A stretch of DNA of 36,759 bases from a virus (IMGVR_UViG_3300049207_000086:1-36759), one strand, 5' to 3'; positions 9,770 through 19,049 are shown, counted from the stretch's first letter. The notes: generated by a model from the sequence alone, not told the origin. Numbers and translations: made by a program.

Positions 9770-10082
9770 TGGTGATCGCCTAAAAGAAGAGCGCGAGCGC
9801 TTGGGCTTCAATCAGACCGAGTTTGCGGCGAAGGCTGGCGCCTCGAAAAACAGTCAGTACAACTATGAGAAGGGCGAGCGCAGCCCGGATGCCAGTTACC
9901 TGGCAGCCGTTGCTGAACAAGGAGTCGATGTTCTTTACGTGGTGACCGGCCAGCGCTCATCTGTGGGTGAAGATCAGCTGTCCGACGATGACTTAGAAAT
10001 CGTGATGCACGTGCGCAGCCTGGACGATGAGGATAAGGGCGCGGTGATGCGCCTTCTCAGGGCTTTTACATTGAAAAAATAG
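9762..10082 (+). CDS. XRE-family HTH immunity repressor (106 aa, no S24 peptidase domain)
   Basis: IGDRLKEERERLGFNQTEFA...SQYNYEKGERSPDASYL; GGAG RBS before GTG 9762. Confidence 0.88.
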   Translation: MGIGDRLKEERERLGFNQTEFAAKAGASKNSQYNYEKGERSPDASYLAAVAEQGVDVLYVVTGQRSSVGEDQLSDDDLEIVMHVRSLDDEDKGAVMRLLRAFTLKK

Positions 10083-10093
10083 GGAGTTGGGTC

Positions 10094-10438
10094 ATGAAAA
10101 GGATGACGTTATCGGTAGCAGTGCTGGTAATGCTCGCTTCGGGTGTGTGCGGTGCCAAGGAAAAGACCCAGAAGGTTTCGAGCAAGGACTATGGAGACGC
10201 TTGGCCGTTTACGGTCGATAGCGTTGACCTGTTGTGCTTCGGACCGTCGCCTAAGGCGTTGGCCCGGACGTCGGATGGGACCGTCTACGCATTGAGCGGG
10301 AGTGCACGGAGTCAGGCAAAAGATCGCGGTTGGTCGGACGGCCAGGACATCACCAAACCCAATCCAACGATGCCATCCATCAAGATGGACTACAGCGATA
10401 TCGTGCAACGTGCTCAAGCGCTCTGCGGCGGGGCGTAA
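10094..10438 (+). CDS. Secreted DUF2511/YebY-like protein
   Basis: N-terminal signal peptide; YGDAWPFTVDSVDLLC...DGTVYALSG pattern; terminal Cys; 11 bp after the repressor stop. Confidence 0.65.
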   Translation: MKRMTLSVAVLVMLASGVCGAKEKTQKVSSKDYGDAWPFTVDSVDLLCFGPSPKALARTSDGTVYALSGSARSQAKDRGWSDGQDITKPNPTMPSIKMDYSDIVQRAQALCGGA

Positions 10439-10566
10439 TTTGCAATAAATTTTTTTCCGTTTGGCTGGTGACACACCGAAACATGCTGAGAATGACGGAC
10501 TCCCGGGTGCTTTGGTTGGTGCCGATGTTGGTACCGGGCGCCCGTACGTGTTGAATGGAGTGACAC

Positions 10567-10725
10567 ATGTCGGTGATGCAAAAGGTAGATACCAATCAGT
10601 CAAAGGAAATTAAGATGGCTGAATTGAACGAGCGCGAACGGAGGGTTGTGCAGTTATTCAGGCTACTCGACGAGAATGCGCAAAAGGATATACTCAGATT
10701 TATTAATGTTCTTGTTCGTAGATAA
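10567..10725 (+). CDS. 52-aa protein resembling the repressor C-terminal domain
   Basis: GGAG RBS, ATG 10567, MSVMQKVDTNQSKEIKMAELNERERRVVQLFRLLDENAQKDILRFINVLVRR, stop directly before a terminator; absent from the ORF track. Confidence 0.7.
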   Translation: MSVMQKVDTNQSKEIKMAELNERERRVVQLFRLLDENAQKDILRFINVLVRR

Positions 10726-10726
10726 T

Positions 10727-10758
10727 AAAAGCCCGGCTTAGAGCCGGGCTTCTTTTTT
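10727..10758. terminator. Bidirectional rho-independent terminator
   Basis: AAAAGCCCGGCT-TAG-AGCCGGGCTTCTTTTTT between convergent genes. Confidence 0.85.
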
Positions 10759-10761
10759 ACA

Positions 10762-12111
10762 TTATTTTTTCGTCTGTACATCCACTTCTACTTCATCGTC
10801 GTTAACTGCTTCGGGGGTAGGCTCTGCTGGTGCTGATTTAGGCACCGGAACTGGTACATACTTAAAACCATCGCTGAGTTCTTTTGCCATGTGGCTTTTT
10901 AGCACTTCTATTTTGAGTGCTGTTTGCTCTTGAAATTTTTGGTGGTCAGTAATATTTAAGTTTTTTGCTGAGGAATGGACAGTTTCCCTTGCTACGACTA
11001 GAAGCTTGGCCAATATCAAGCGGTCGCCATGTATCTTGAATATTTTTTGAATCATTGCATTGGCGATTTTCCAGCTAGATATGATCGCGAGACCGAATAT
11101 AGCGGCAAACGGTATGCGCAACAGAAATGCGGCTATAACATCCGTTGCTGTTTGATATTCGCTTGTTATCAAATTGCTCGCCCCGACGTAGATCTGATAG
11201 ATAGAAAAAAATATGGCAGCTAGGGGAAGGGTTATCAGCGCGGCGTAAAGTTTTGCTTGGGCACTTCCTTCTTTTACATATGGGCCATATTCGTCGGATA
11301 TTAAATTTCTGTCGCTGGTTAGTTTTTGAAGTTGAGAGGTCAGGTCAGCAATGTCTTGGTTTAAATTTTTTGCTTGTTTTGATAGTTGCTCTGTGTTGTT
11401 TTTTGTTTCGAAGTTTATGTTGTCCAGATGTTTGTTTTTGTATTCTAAGTCCTTAATGGTGGTGGCTAGTTCTTCGATTGTGTTGGTTGCGGTATCGATT
11501 TCGTTTGTTAATAGGTAGTGTTGTGTATTGGCGTCAGTGATTCCTGATTCTAACTCGATCTTTATGTTTTTGACATCGATGATCTCATTTTTTAAATCGT
11601 TTAATGTAGTTTGGAGGTCATTTTTGTATTTGTTGAAATTTTGTTTCAGATTATGAAATTCTTCAATGTCGCTACAGTACTCGTTCAGCTCATTGAATGA
11701 AGCTCCGATAATTTCGATTTTCTGAAGCTTTGGCTTGAAGAGGGCTGAGCAAGATATTTCAAACCATTCGCAAAAGCCTTGGGCCCAACCATAGGCATAT
11801 GATTTCGAATGATCTAGTTTTATTTGCTTGGGTGTCTGGCCGATCAGTTTAACTGTCACAGTTACGTCAGTGGCAATGCTTCCTGGTTTTTCTCCATGAA
11901 GCCTGATGGTTCTAATGTAAGATAGCGAAGCAGTAGTGAAGCGCCGTGCGGTACCCGATGGTTTAATTCCTTCTGCAACACCATTCTCTGAAATTAAAGG
12001 TTGGAACTGATTAGTTGTTTTCCATAGTAAGTTCTGAATCGTGGCTATCGAAGGTATGTTTTCCAGGGCGTTTAACCCCTCATCGATCAGTTTCTGAGCT
12101 TCTTGGGTCAT
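10762..12111 (-). CDS. AT-rich accessory membrane protein (449 aa): beta-rich N-domain, long coiled coil, two TM helices
   Basis: AGGGAGG RBS before ATG 12111; heptad-rich middle region; hydrophobic LYAALITLPLAAIFFSIYQIYV and VIAAFLLRIPFAAIFGLAIISSW; visibly much lower GC than its flanks. Confidence 0.8.
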   Translation of the reverse strand: MTQEAQKLIDEGLNALENIPSIATIQNLLWKTTNQFQPLISENGVAEGIKPSGTARRFTTASLSYIRTIRLHGEKPGSIATDVTVTVKLIGQTPKQIKLDHSKSYAYGWAQGFCEWFEISCSALFKPKLQKIEIIGASFNELNEYCSDIEEFHNLKQNFNKYKNDLQTTLNDLKNEIIDVKNIKIELESGITDANTQHYLLTNEIDTATNTIEELATTIKDLEYKNKHLDNINFETKNNTEQLSKQAKNLNQDIADLTSQLQKLTSDRNLISDEYGPYVKEGSAQAKLYAALITLPLAAIFFSIYQIYVGASNLITSEYQTATDVIAAFLLRIPFAAIFGLAIISSWKIANAMIQKIFKIHGDRLILAKLLVVARETVHSSAKNLNITDHQKFQEQTALKIEVLKSHMAKELSDGFKYVPVPVPKSAPAEPTPEAVNDDEVEVDVQTKK

Positions 12112-12166
12112 GGCTACCTCCCTGTGCGGATATGAGCGCTTACGATAGCAGAATGGCCAATAGCCG

Positions 12167-13423
12167 CTATTGCATTCTTTTCCATTCGCGGTCGACGGCG
12201 CGTTTCGCAGTCCTTTCACTGGCATACAACCACCGCAACCGCTTCGGCTTGCTCTGATCCCCAGCCGTCGCAGTCTTCTCCTTCCCCGTTTTCTTATCGC
12301 GGTAATACGCGATGACACCTGTGTAATCCCCTTTATTTTCCTCCGCCAACCCCTCAACCGTATCCTCGGGCAGCTTACTCTCCAGTTCCAGGCTCACGGT
12401 GTATCCATTGTCGGGGCTGAGGGTGTGCTGCACGTTTCCGCCATACCAGATGATCTCGTCAATTTCCGGCTTCACGCCCTGGAGCGTGTAGGTCAGTTCG
12501 GGAATGAGGTCAGGCCGCCCCCGCGCCAGGGTATAGCTGAGCGTCGCGCTGCCACGTTGCAGGCGGTTGAATTCCGCCCGGGCAGCGCGCAGGGCGGACT
12601 GGCGGTCGCTGAAGGTGTGGCGTAGGTCTTTGAGGTTTTCACCACCGCCAGCGATGGCCTCCTGTTTCTTCGCGCTGTTTACGTCATAGAAATAGGCGCG
12701 CACACCGTCGTAACTGTCGCGATCGGCTTGCAGGTAGCGGTGCTGGTCTCCATCGGCGCGGGTGAGGGTGATATGCGGCAGCTCGGCGCCGGTGGCCGTC
12801 TTGCCGCCGCCCGCCGGCAGGCATAGCAGGCAGCCGGCCTTGACGGTGACCACCGCGTCGAACTCTTCCCCCATGCGGCTGATCAGGTTGGCGTCGGATT
12901 CGTTGGCCTGGTCCAACTGAAGGATGGGCAATCCGTCCAGGGCGCCGGCGATGGTGGCGGTGAGGCCGTTGCCCAAGGCGATATCGCCCAGGACGTCACC
13001 GAGGGTGGTGTTGCTCCAGCTACGCTCGCGTTTAGTCTTCAGGCCTTTGCGAAGGTCCGCCGAGCGGGCGCGGATGCTCAATACATCCGGCGCGCCGCAG
13101 TGTTCGGTTTCATCGACGGTGTAGGTGCCTTTGTCCACCAGGCCTGTATCGCTCCAACCCAGCCACAGTCGGATGGTCGCGCCTTTGGGCGGGATCGCCA
13201 GCAGCCCGTCGTGGTCGCTGAGGGTGATGCTGAGTTGGTCGGCCTCGATACCGCGATTGTCGGTCAGCTCCAGGCTCATCAGCCGTGGGCTGATCAACTG
13301 GGCGATGTCATTGCCATCGACGGTGATACGAAACGCCGGCACCGGGTAGGCCGCATCGCGGCGGTAGCGTTCGACCAGGTCTTCGACGTAGCCGGTCACC
13401 TTGGACAGGGCCGCATCAATCAC
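12167..13423 (-). CDS. P2 gpD-like baseplate hub/late control D protein
   Basis: RLMSLELTDNRGIEADQL, LWLGW..GLVDKGTY.VDE, DQANESD motifs; follows U. Confidence 0.9.
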   Translation of the reverse strand: MIDAALSKVTGYVEDLVERYRRDAAYPVPAFRITVDGNDIAQLISPRLMSLELTDNRGIEADQLSITLSDHDGLLAIPPKGATIRLWLGWSDTGLVDKGTYTVDETEHCGAPDVLSIRARSADLRKGLKTKRERSWSNTTLGDVLGDIALGNGLTATIAGALDGLPILQLDQANESDANLISRMGEEFDAVVTVKAGCLLCLPAGGGKTATGAELPHITLTRADGDQHRYLQADRDSYDGVRAYFYDVNSAKKQEAIAGGGENLKDLRHTFSDRQSALRAARAEFNRLQRGSATLSYTLARGRPDLIPELTYTLQGVKPEIDEIIWYGGNVQHTLSPDNGYTVSLELESKLPEDTVEGLAEENKGDYTGVIAYYRDKKTGKEKTATAGDQSKPKRLRWLYASERTAKRAVDREWKRMQ

Positions 13424-13860
13424 AGCAGTGCCCTCAAGATGTTGACGCCTGCGCTGGTACCGGCGCCGAGCAGATCGATCCGGTCGTCATCGATGCGCTT
13501 GAGGTTGACCGTGAATTCAATACGCCTAGGCGTGCCGTCACGAAAAAACAGCGTTTTGGTTTCGCTCAGGCCTTCGATAATCCACAAGCCGTAGATGCGG
13601 CCGCTGCCTTCGACCATCGGCCAGGCCTTGCCGGTGTTCGCCATCAGCCGCAGAGCGTCAAGGCTAAGGGCGCTGCCGGCCAGCTCCGGGAGGATGACGC
13701 CGGGTAGGGTGATGGTGTCGTCGCCGCGCCCGACAAACTGCCGAGCCGGAGCGGCGCCGACGCGGCTGTTGCTCGCATGGCGCCATTCGGTTTGGCGTTG
13801 CAGCTCCTGGTAAGCGGCGGTGGACAGGCTGAACACGAACATGCCCAAGGCAAGCATCAT
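13420..13860 (-). CDS. P2 gpU-like tail protein
   Basis: MMLALGMFVFSL.T.AYQELQR...QFVG.G.DTITLPG...PRRIEFTVNLKR. Confidence 0.92.
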   Translation of the reverse strand: MMLALGMFVFSLSTAAYQELQRQTEWRHASNSRVGAAPARQFVGRGDDTITLPGVILPELAGSALSLDALRLMANTGKAWPMVEGSGRIYGLWIIEGLSETKTLFFRDGTPRRIEFTVNLKRIDDDRIDLLGAGTSAGVNILRALL

Positions 13861-13865
13861 AGGGA

Positions 13866-16810
13866 TTACTCCAGATCTGACAGTTTGCTGCGCTGGCGGG
13901 CGGCCTTTTCGCTGGCGATGCGCGCCAGCTCGGCCCGTACGGCGCGGCTGATCGCCTGGGCGTCCATGCCTGGCGTGGTGTGGATGTTGATTTCGTAGGT
14001 GTCGTGGCTGTCATGAACCGCCGCCGGGGCAGGGCTGATGGGCGCCCGATCATCGATCGACAACGAAGAGGCAGCGGCAGCCCCGACCGGGAACTGCGGC
14101 AACGGCATGGCGGCCAGGGGCATGGCGGTTGCGCCGAGGGCCAGTGTGCCGGCTGCCGTGAGTTGTTTGCTCAGGCTGGTCATGGCGCTCAGCGGCCCGT
14201 TCTGGCTGCCCTCAAGCCCTGGGCAAGGCCTGCCATGGTGAAGCCGCCCAGCTCCGCGAACACACGCGAGGGGCTGTGGATGTCGAGCTTTTCCTTGAAC
14301 CAGCCAATCACCGCATCGCCTGCCCCGGTGATGGCCTCCTTGGCTACGGTCAGGCTGTTGGTGATGCCATTTGCCAGGCCTTGAATCATCTGCGTACCCA
14401 GTTCAGCGAACTGTGCAGGTAGGCCTAACAAGAGGCTGAGCATATTGCCAATGACGGCGCCGAAACGTTCGCCCATTGACTGAGCGGCGCCGCCGACGTC
14501 CTGGACGGGCGCAAGTAGCTGGCCGAACCAGGTGATCAGGCTGCTGACGCCATCTGATATCAGACTGAACAGGGGGCGTGCGATGCTGCCCAGAAGCTCC
14601 ATGGCCGCGCCGACACCTGGCAGCGTCATGACGGCCTGGCCCAGGTTCAGCAGCGATTGGCCGAGGCCGGTGAAACTATCGAGTACCGGTTGCAAGGCCC
14701 CGACCAGGCCTTGCCAGAAACCGAGGAAGAAGCCCTTGATGGGGTTCCAATACTTGTAGACCAGCACACCCGCAGCAACCAGGGCCGCAATGGCCGCCAG
14801 CAGCCAGCCGATGGGCGTCGCCATGATGGCGGTACCAACGGCACTGATCGCGCCACCGAGCATCGGCAGCACGCTGGCAGCAGCCAGCCGTGCGCTGCTG
14901 ACGAATGCGGGTAACGCACTGAGCAAACCGCCCGCCGAGCGCGTCACGACCAAAGACCGCCAGACTTTCCCAAGCCTGCCGATGTTGGCACCGGCGCCCG
15001 CTGCTGCGGTGCGCGTGCCGATCAACTGGGCTTTAACAATGCCCAGGCGAATGCCAAACATGCCCATGCCGTATCGCACCATGGCGAAAGGGCCAAGCAG
15101 GCTCGCCATCGTCAATGCCAGGCCACCAAACACGAAGGCCAAGCCGGCCACAGCCGCCACCACCTTGACCAGGCCGCCGGCCAAACGTGGGTTCTCCCGG
15201 GCCCAGGCGCCGATGCTGTTGGCAACCTCCCCGAGCGTGCTGATGATCTGTTTCAGTTCGGGCGCAACAGCGGCGCCAAATTCGGCCAGGGCGTTGGTCC
15301 AACTGCCTTGGGCGGCCTCCATGACGTTAGTGAGGGTGCTTAGTTGTTCGTTGACTCGTTTGCGCAGGTCGGCCTGGTTTTGCAGCTTCTGCTGTACTTC
15401 CTGATAGCCCGACAGCCCCTTGTTCATCATAGTGTTCAAGGTGGTCATGGTTTCGGAGTCATCGCCGAACAACGCTTTGATGGTGGCGGTGCGGTCCTCG
15501 TCGTTCAGCGTTTTAAGTTTCTCAACTTGGGCGAACAGGTTTTCCAAACCTGCAAAGTTGCCCTTGTCGTCAGTGAAGTTGAAGCGGATGTTTTGTCCGC
15601 CGCGCTCCATCATCTTGTTAGCGTCCTGGACTTTTCCTTTGTCTAGGCCGGCCTGGAAGATCTTTCGGTAGGCGTTACCCGCCGCGCCGCCTTCCATGCC
15701 AGCCTGGTCCATCATGATCAGCAGCGGTGCCAGCTCGGCGGCCGCGTCGATGCCCGATTTTTTGATGGTGTCCATGACCGGCGCGATCTTGCTGAAGCCC
15801 TGGAGCATGTTGGTCGGGTCTACACCCGAGTAGAACCCCCGCTGGATGATGTCCATCAGCGCCATCATGTCTTTTTCGGATGTTCGGGTGGCGTCCTGCA
15901 TCTTCGCGGCAAATTCAGCCGCGGCGGTTACGGGCATCTGCAACTGAACGCCCAGGTACGCGGCAGCTTCGCCGGTGCCGCCGAGAATGCTCTTGGCGCT
16001 GAGGCCTTGGCGCCGCAGCATGGTCATCATTTCTTGAAAGTCTGCCGTGGTACCAGGTAGACGGTCGCCCAGCTTGGTCGCCAGGTCGGTGATTTTCTGG
16101 AAGTCTTCAGACACCTTTCCGGTGTCGTCCATCATCGAAACCTTGAGTTGCGTGGCCGAGTCTTCGTTCGGCGCAAAGGCACCGATGGCTTTAGCCACCG
16201 GTCGACTCGCGGCATATCCCACACCCAGGCCGGCGGCGCCGTTCATAGCCATGTTACCGGCGAGGTTCTGGGTTTTCTCCAGCTTGGCGCGCTCGATGGC
16301 AAGGCGCTTTTGCTGAGCATTCAACGCGACCAGGCGTTTGCCCTGTTCGCTGATGCTGGCGTTGGTGGCGCTGATTTGCTCGCGCAGCTGACGTTCGTGA
16401 CTGCTGAGGTTTTTGGTGCTGATACCGGCGCCTTGCAGTTTGCCGCGCAGCACCTGGAGCTGTTCGCCCTGTTGTCGATGTTGTTCCTTGAGCTTCTGCG
16501 CTTCGCGAACGGCTGCCCGAAAGTCCTTGGTCATCGCCTTGGTCGGCGCACCGGTGGCAGCGAACTGCTGGGACAGCGCCCGTACTTTGTCACGGGCGGC
16601 GACGAGGGCTTGCTCGGTTTGCTCGGCGGCAGTGCGCTGGGTGCGCCAGGCGCTGACGTCCTTCTGTTGGGTGTTGAGTTCCTTGAGGCGGTCGCGAGCT
16701 TCCTTGAGGGCGCGGGCGGCACCGATGCTGCCGTTGTTGATGGCCTTCAGGGGGCCGCTCGCCTTGTCGATGGCGTTGAGCAATACCTGAAGTTTTAGAT
16801 CATTCGCCAT
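13866..16810 (-). pseudogene. Tail tape measure protein (gpT) with a 1-bp frameshift near 14217 (real lesion or sequencing error)
   Basis: ORF 14189-16810 ends shortly after HSPSRVFAELG; adding one base at CAGGGCTTGAG gives AQGLEGSQNGPLSAMTSLSKQ, continuous with ORF 13866-14183 that ends in the gpT-like SKLSDLE. Confidence 0.8.
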
Positions 16811-16919
16811 CGGTGGAACTCCGCACCCGGGCGCGCTCGCGCCACTCCATCAGTTCTTGCAGGCCCAACTGGTCCATGTCAGCCGGTGCCCAATGGAAAA
16901 CCACGGCCAGATCGGCCAT
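16800..16919 (-). CDS. gpE' extension (-1 frame part of E+E')
   Basis: MADLAVVFHWAPADMDQLGLQELMEWRERA, P2 GpE' pattern; frame is open back to the slippery site. Confidence 0.85.
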   Translation of the reverse strand: MADLAVVFHWAPADMDQLGLQELMEWRERARVRSSTDGE

Positions 16920-16927
16920 GGCGTCTT

Positions 16928-17257
16928 CTACGCAACGAGGGACGCGTCCGTCTTCACCGACTTCTGCAACAAAAAACCGGAGATCTTGCTGCCACAGGCG
17001 AGCAGGTCGGCCGGGTCCATGCTGGCGACTTCGGGCGCGGTGATGCCGGGGGCGCTGATGCGAGGCAGGATCTTGATGAGGGTGGCCACGTCCATATTCA
17101 GCAGGTCAACCAATTGCACACCGCGCAGCTCGCCGGACTGCGGTTTGCGTAGGGTGAGGCTGTCGATGACGGTCTTGCCCCGGATGATCGGGGTGTCCAG
17201 GGTGACAGTGTTGTCATCAATCGGTGGCAGTGCTTCTACGGTGTCTTCAGTTTTCAT
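16928..17257 (-). CDS. Tail assembly chaperone gpE
   Basis: VTLDTPIIRG...LRKPQSGELRG...LPRIS.P...MDPADL. Confidence 0.9.
   Translation of the reverse strand: MKTEDTVEALPPIDDNTVTLDTPIIRGKTVIDSLTLRKPQSGELRGVQLVDLLNMDVATLIKILPRISAPGITAPEVASMDPADLLACGSKISGFLLQKSVKTDASLVA
16970..16976 (-). other. Programmed -1 ribosomal frameshift site TTTTTTG
   Basis: GGT TTT TTG near the gpE end, the same T6G site as P2 E/E'; -1 frame reads into gpE'. Confidence 0.85.
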
Positions 17258-17306
17258 TCAGGGCTCCAGCTTGCGTGAGTGATTGCCCCTGATGGGGCGG
17301 CGTGGG

Positions 17307-17822
17307 TCAGATTCCGAGGGCTTGGCGCTGCTTTTCGAGCATGTCCACGCCGTTCACTTTCTCGACGAAATTGAGCAGGTCGATCTCGATGATTTCCTCG
17401 TTATCGACGATCAATTTGTAATAGGTGCAGGTGGTGGTGATGCTGTGTTCGGTGTCTTCGCCCGGCTGCGCATCACCCATTTCGATGGTCTCGTGTCGGC
17501 CGCGCATGACGACCTCAACGGCACTGACTTCTTCGGTGTCGTCCTGTTGGAATGAGCCGGTGAAACGCAACGCGACGCCCGAGGCGTTGACGGCGCCGAA
17601 CTGTTTGAGGGCGATCAGATCCAGGCCGCCGGTTTTCCATTCGAACTGGATGCCGTCGTCCGAGAAACCGAGGTCGGCCTTGACTGGGCCGTTCATGCCG
17701 CCGCCGCGATAGGCCTCCATCTTGCGGCCGAGCGGGGGCAGGGTGACCGACTTGACCACACCGAGGTAGCTGTTGGCGTCGTTGAACAGGTTGAGGTTTT
17801 TGAGTTTGCGGGGCATGGCCAT
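17307..17822 (-). CDS. Tail tube protein FII
   Basis: MAMPRKLKNLNLF...YRGGGMNGP...EIDLLN..EKVNGVD. Confidence 0.95.
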   Translation of the reverse strand: MAMPRKLKNLNLFNDANSYLGVVKSVTLPPLGRKMEAYRGGGMNGPVKADLGFSDDGIQFEWKTGGLDLIALKQFGAVNASGVALRFTGSFQQDDTEEVSAVEVVMRGRHETIEMGDAQPGEDTEHSITTTCTYYKLIVDNEEIIEIDLLNFVEKVNGVDMLEKQRQALGI

Positions 17823-17879
17823 GGCGGGGTTCTCCGTTGCTCAGGCACAGGGTCAGCTCCCCTTGCGGGGAGGCCCGGT

Positions 17880-19049
17880 TTAGCTGTTGATCTTGCTGGC
17901 GAAGTCGATCAGGTAGCGGTCGGTGATGCGTTGCCGCAACGTGAGGTCTTCCAGCGGTGGCACCGGCGTGTAGTCGTAATCCAGGAACAGCTTGCCGGCC
18001 TTGAGCGTGTCCTTGTCGTTGGCGTCCTCCGGGTACCAGCACTGGCCTCCGATCAGGTAGCCCGCCGCGACCATCTCGCGGAACTTGGCATTGACCCCTT
18101 CGATGATGTCGCGCACCAGGGAGGCATGCATGGGCTTGTCCACGGCCCACATGTGCGCCTCGGCCATGGTGTCGGCCAGGATCTGCGCGGTACGGGTGTA
18201 GTTCTCGAAGGCAAACAGCGGGTCTTCGCTGGTGGTGCGGCTGCCCCAGAAGCGGAAGCCGCCCTCATTGATGAGCGTGGTGACTTCGTTGCTGTTGAGG
18301 TAGTTGGCGTCTGTGGCTGGGTTTTGCAGATCCCAGAACACGTCGGCGCTGATACCCGTGACGCCATTGACCGCGACGTTGGACAGCGTCTTGTGCCAAC
18401 CCACTTCCTGATCGATCTTGGCGCGCAGGCCCAATGCCCGGGCTACAGCCGAGGCGGTGACGGTCGCATTGGTGTCAGTGCTCCAGTTCTGGAACTCCGG
18501 CCAGATGACCATGGCTTCGCGGGCGCCGAAGTTGTCACGGTAGGCGACCACCTCTTCCTTGGTTTTGCAGCCCCAGGCGCTGACGTAAGCGAAGCCGCGC
18601 AACTGCTGCGCGATGGTGACCAGGGCGGTGGCCACCGGCAGGCTGTCGAGGCCTGGCACACCCAGGATGCGCGGCACCATGCCAACGCGAGCCTTGGCGG
18701 CGAGCAGGGCTTTCATGCCGGTGTATTTGCCCTCGGCCGTGGTGGTGCCGATCAGGGCGCTGGTGGTTTCTGCCTCGGTGGCACCTTCCTTCACCCGCAC
18801 GACGATGGTGTAGGGCTTGGTCTGGTCGGCGATGGCCTGAAGACTCTTCGCCAGGGTGCCCGTGGTGCCGGCTTTGCCGATGGCGGTTTGGACGTTGGTC
18901 AGCAGTACTGGTGTGTCGAACGGGAAAGCGGTGGCATCAGCGTCGTCGGCCGTGCAGACCATGCCGATAACAGCGGTGGGGATGGTGCGAATGGGGCGGG
19001 TGCCGTCGTTGAGTTCGATGACCCGCACGCCGTGAAGATAATCGGCCAT
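17880..19049 (-). CDS. Contractile tail sheath protein FI
   Basis: MADYLHGVRVIE, PRILGVPG, GWHKTLSN, GFRFWGSRT, YDYTPVPPLE; start trimmed to 19049. Confidence 0.95.
   Translation of the reverse strand: MADYLHGVRVIELNDGTRPIRTIPTAVIGMVCTADDADATAFPFDTPVLLTNVQTAIGKAGTTGTLAKSLQAIADQTKPYTIVVRVKEGATEAETTSALIGTTTAEGKYTGMKALLAAKARVGMVPRILGVPGLDSLPVATALVTIAQQLRGFAYVSAWGCKTKEEVVAYRDNFGAREAMVIWPEFQNWSTDTNATVTASAVARALGLRAKIDQEVGWHKTLSNVAVNGVTGISADVFWDLQNPATDANYLNSNEVTTLINEGGFRFWGSRTTSEDPLFAFENYTRTAQILADTMAEAHMWAVDKPMHASLVRDIIEGVNAKFREMVAAGYLIGGQCWYPEDANDKDTLKAGKLFLDYDYTPVPPLEDLTLRQRITDRYLIDFASKINS

Noticed and set aside
10596-10781. 61-aa minus-strand ORF
   Set aside because: Crosses the terminator and is antisense to the better-supported 52-aa plus-strand ORF
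12112-12357. N-terminal extension making the moron 531 aa
   Set aside because: Overlaps gpD in another frame; the clear RBS lies before ATG 12111
13866-14183. Separate 105-aa gene between T and U
   Set aside because: Reads as the out-of-frame C-terminus of the tape measure protein
17857-17872. CTCCCC-GCAA-GGGGAG hairpin between FI and FII as a third copy of the early hairpin-RBS module
   Set aside because: Plain GNRA tetraloop without the CGGCAA loop or the CAAGGAG-AGCACCATG tail; probably an mRNA stability hairpin
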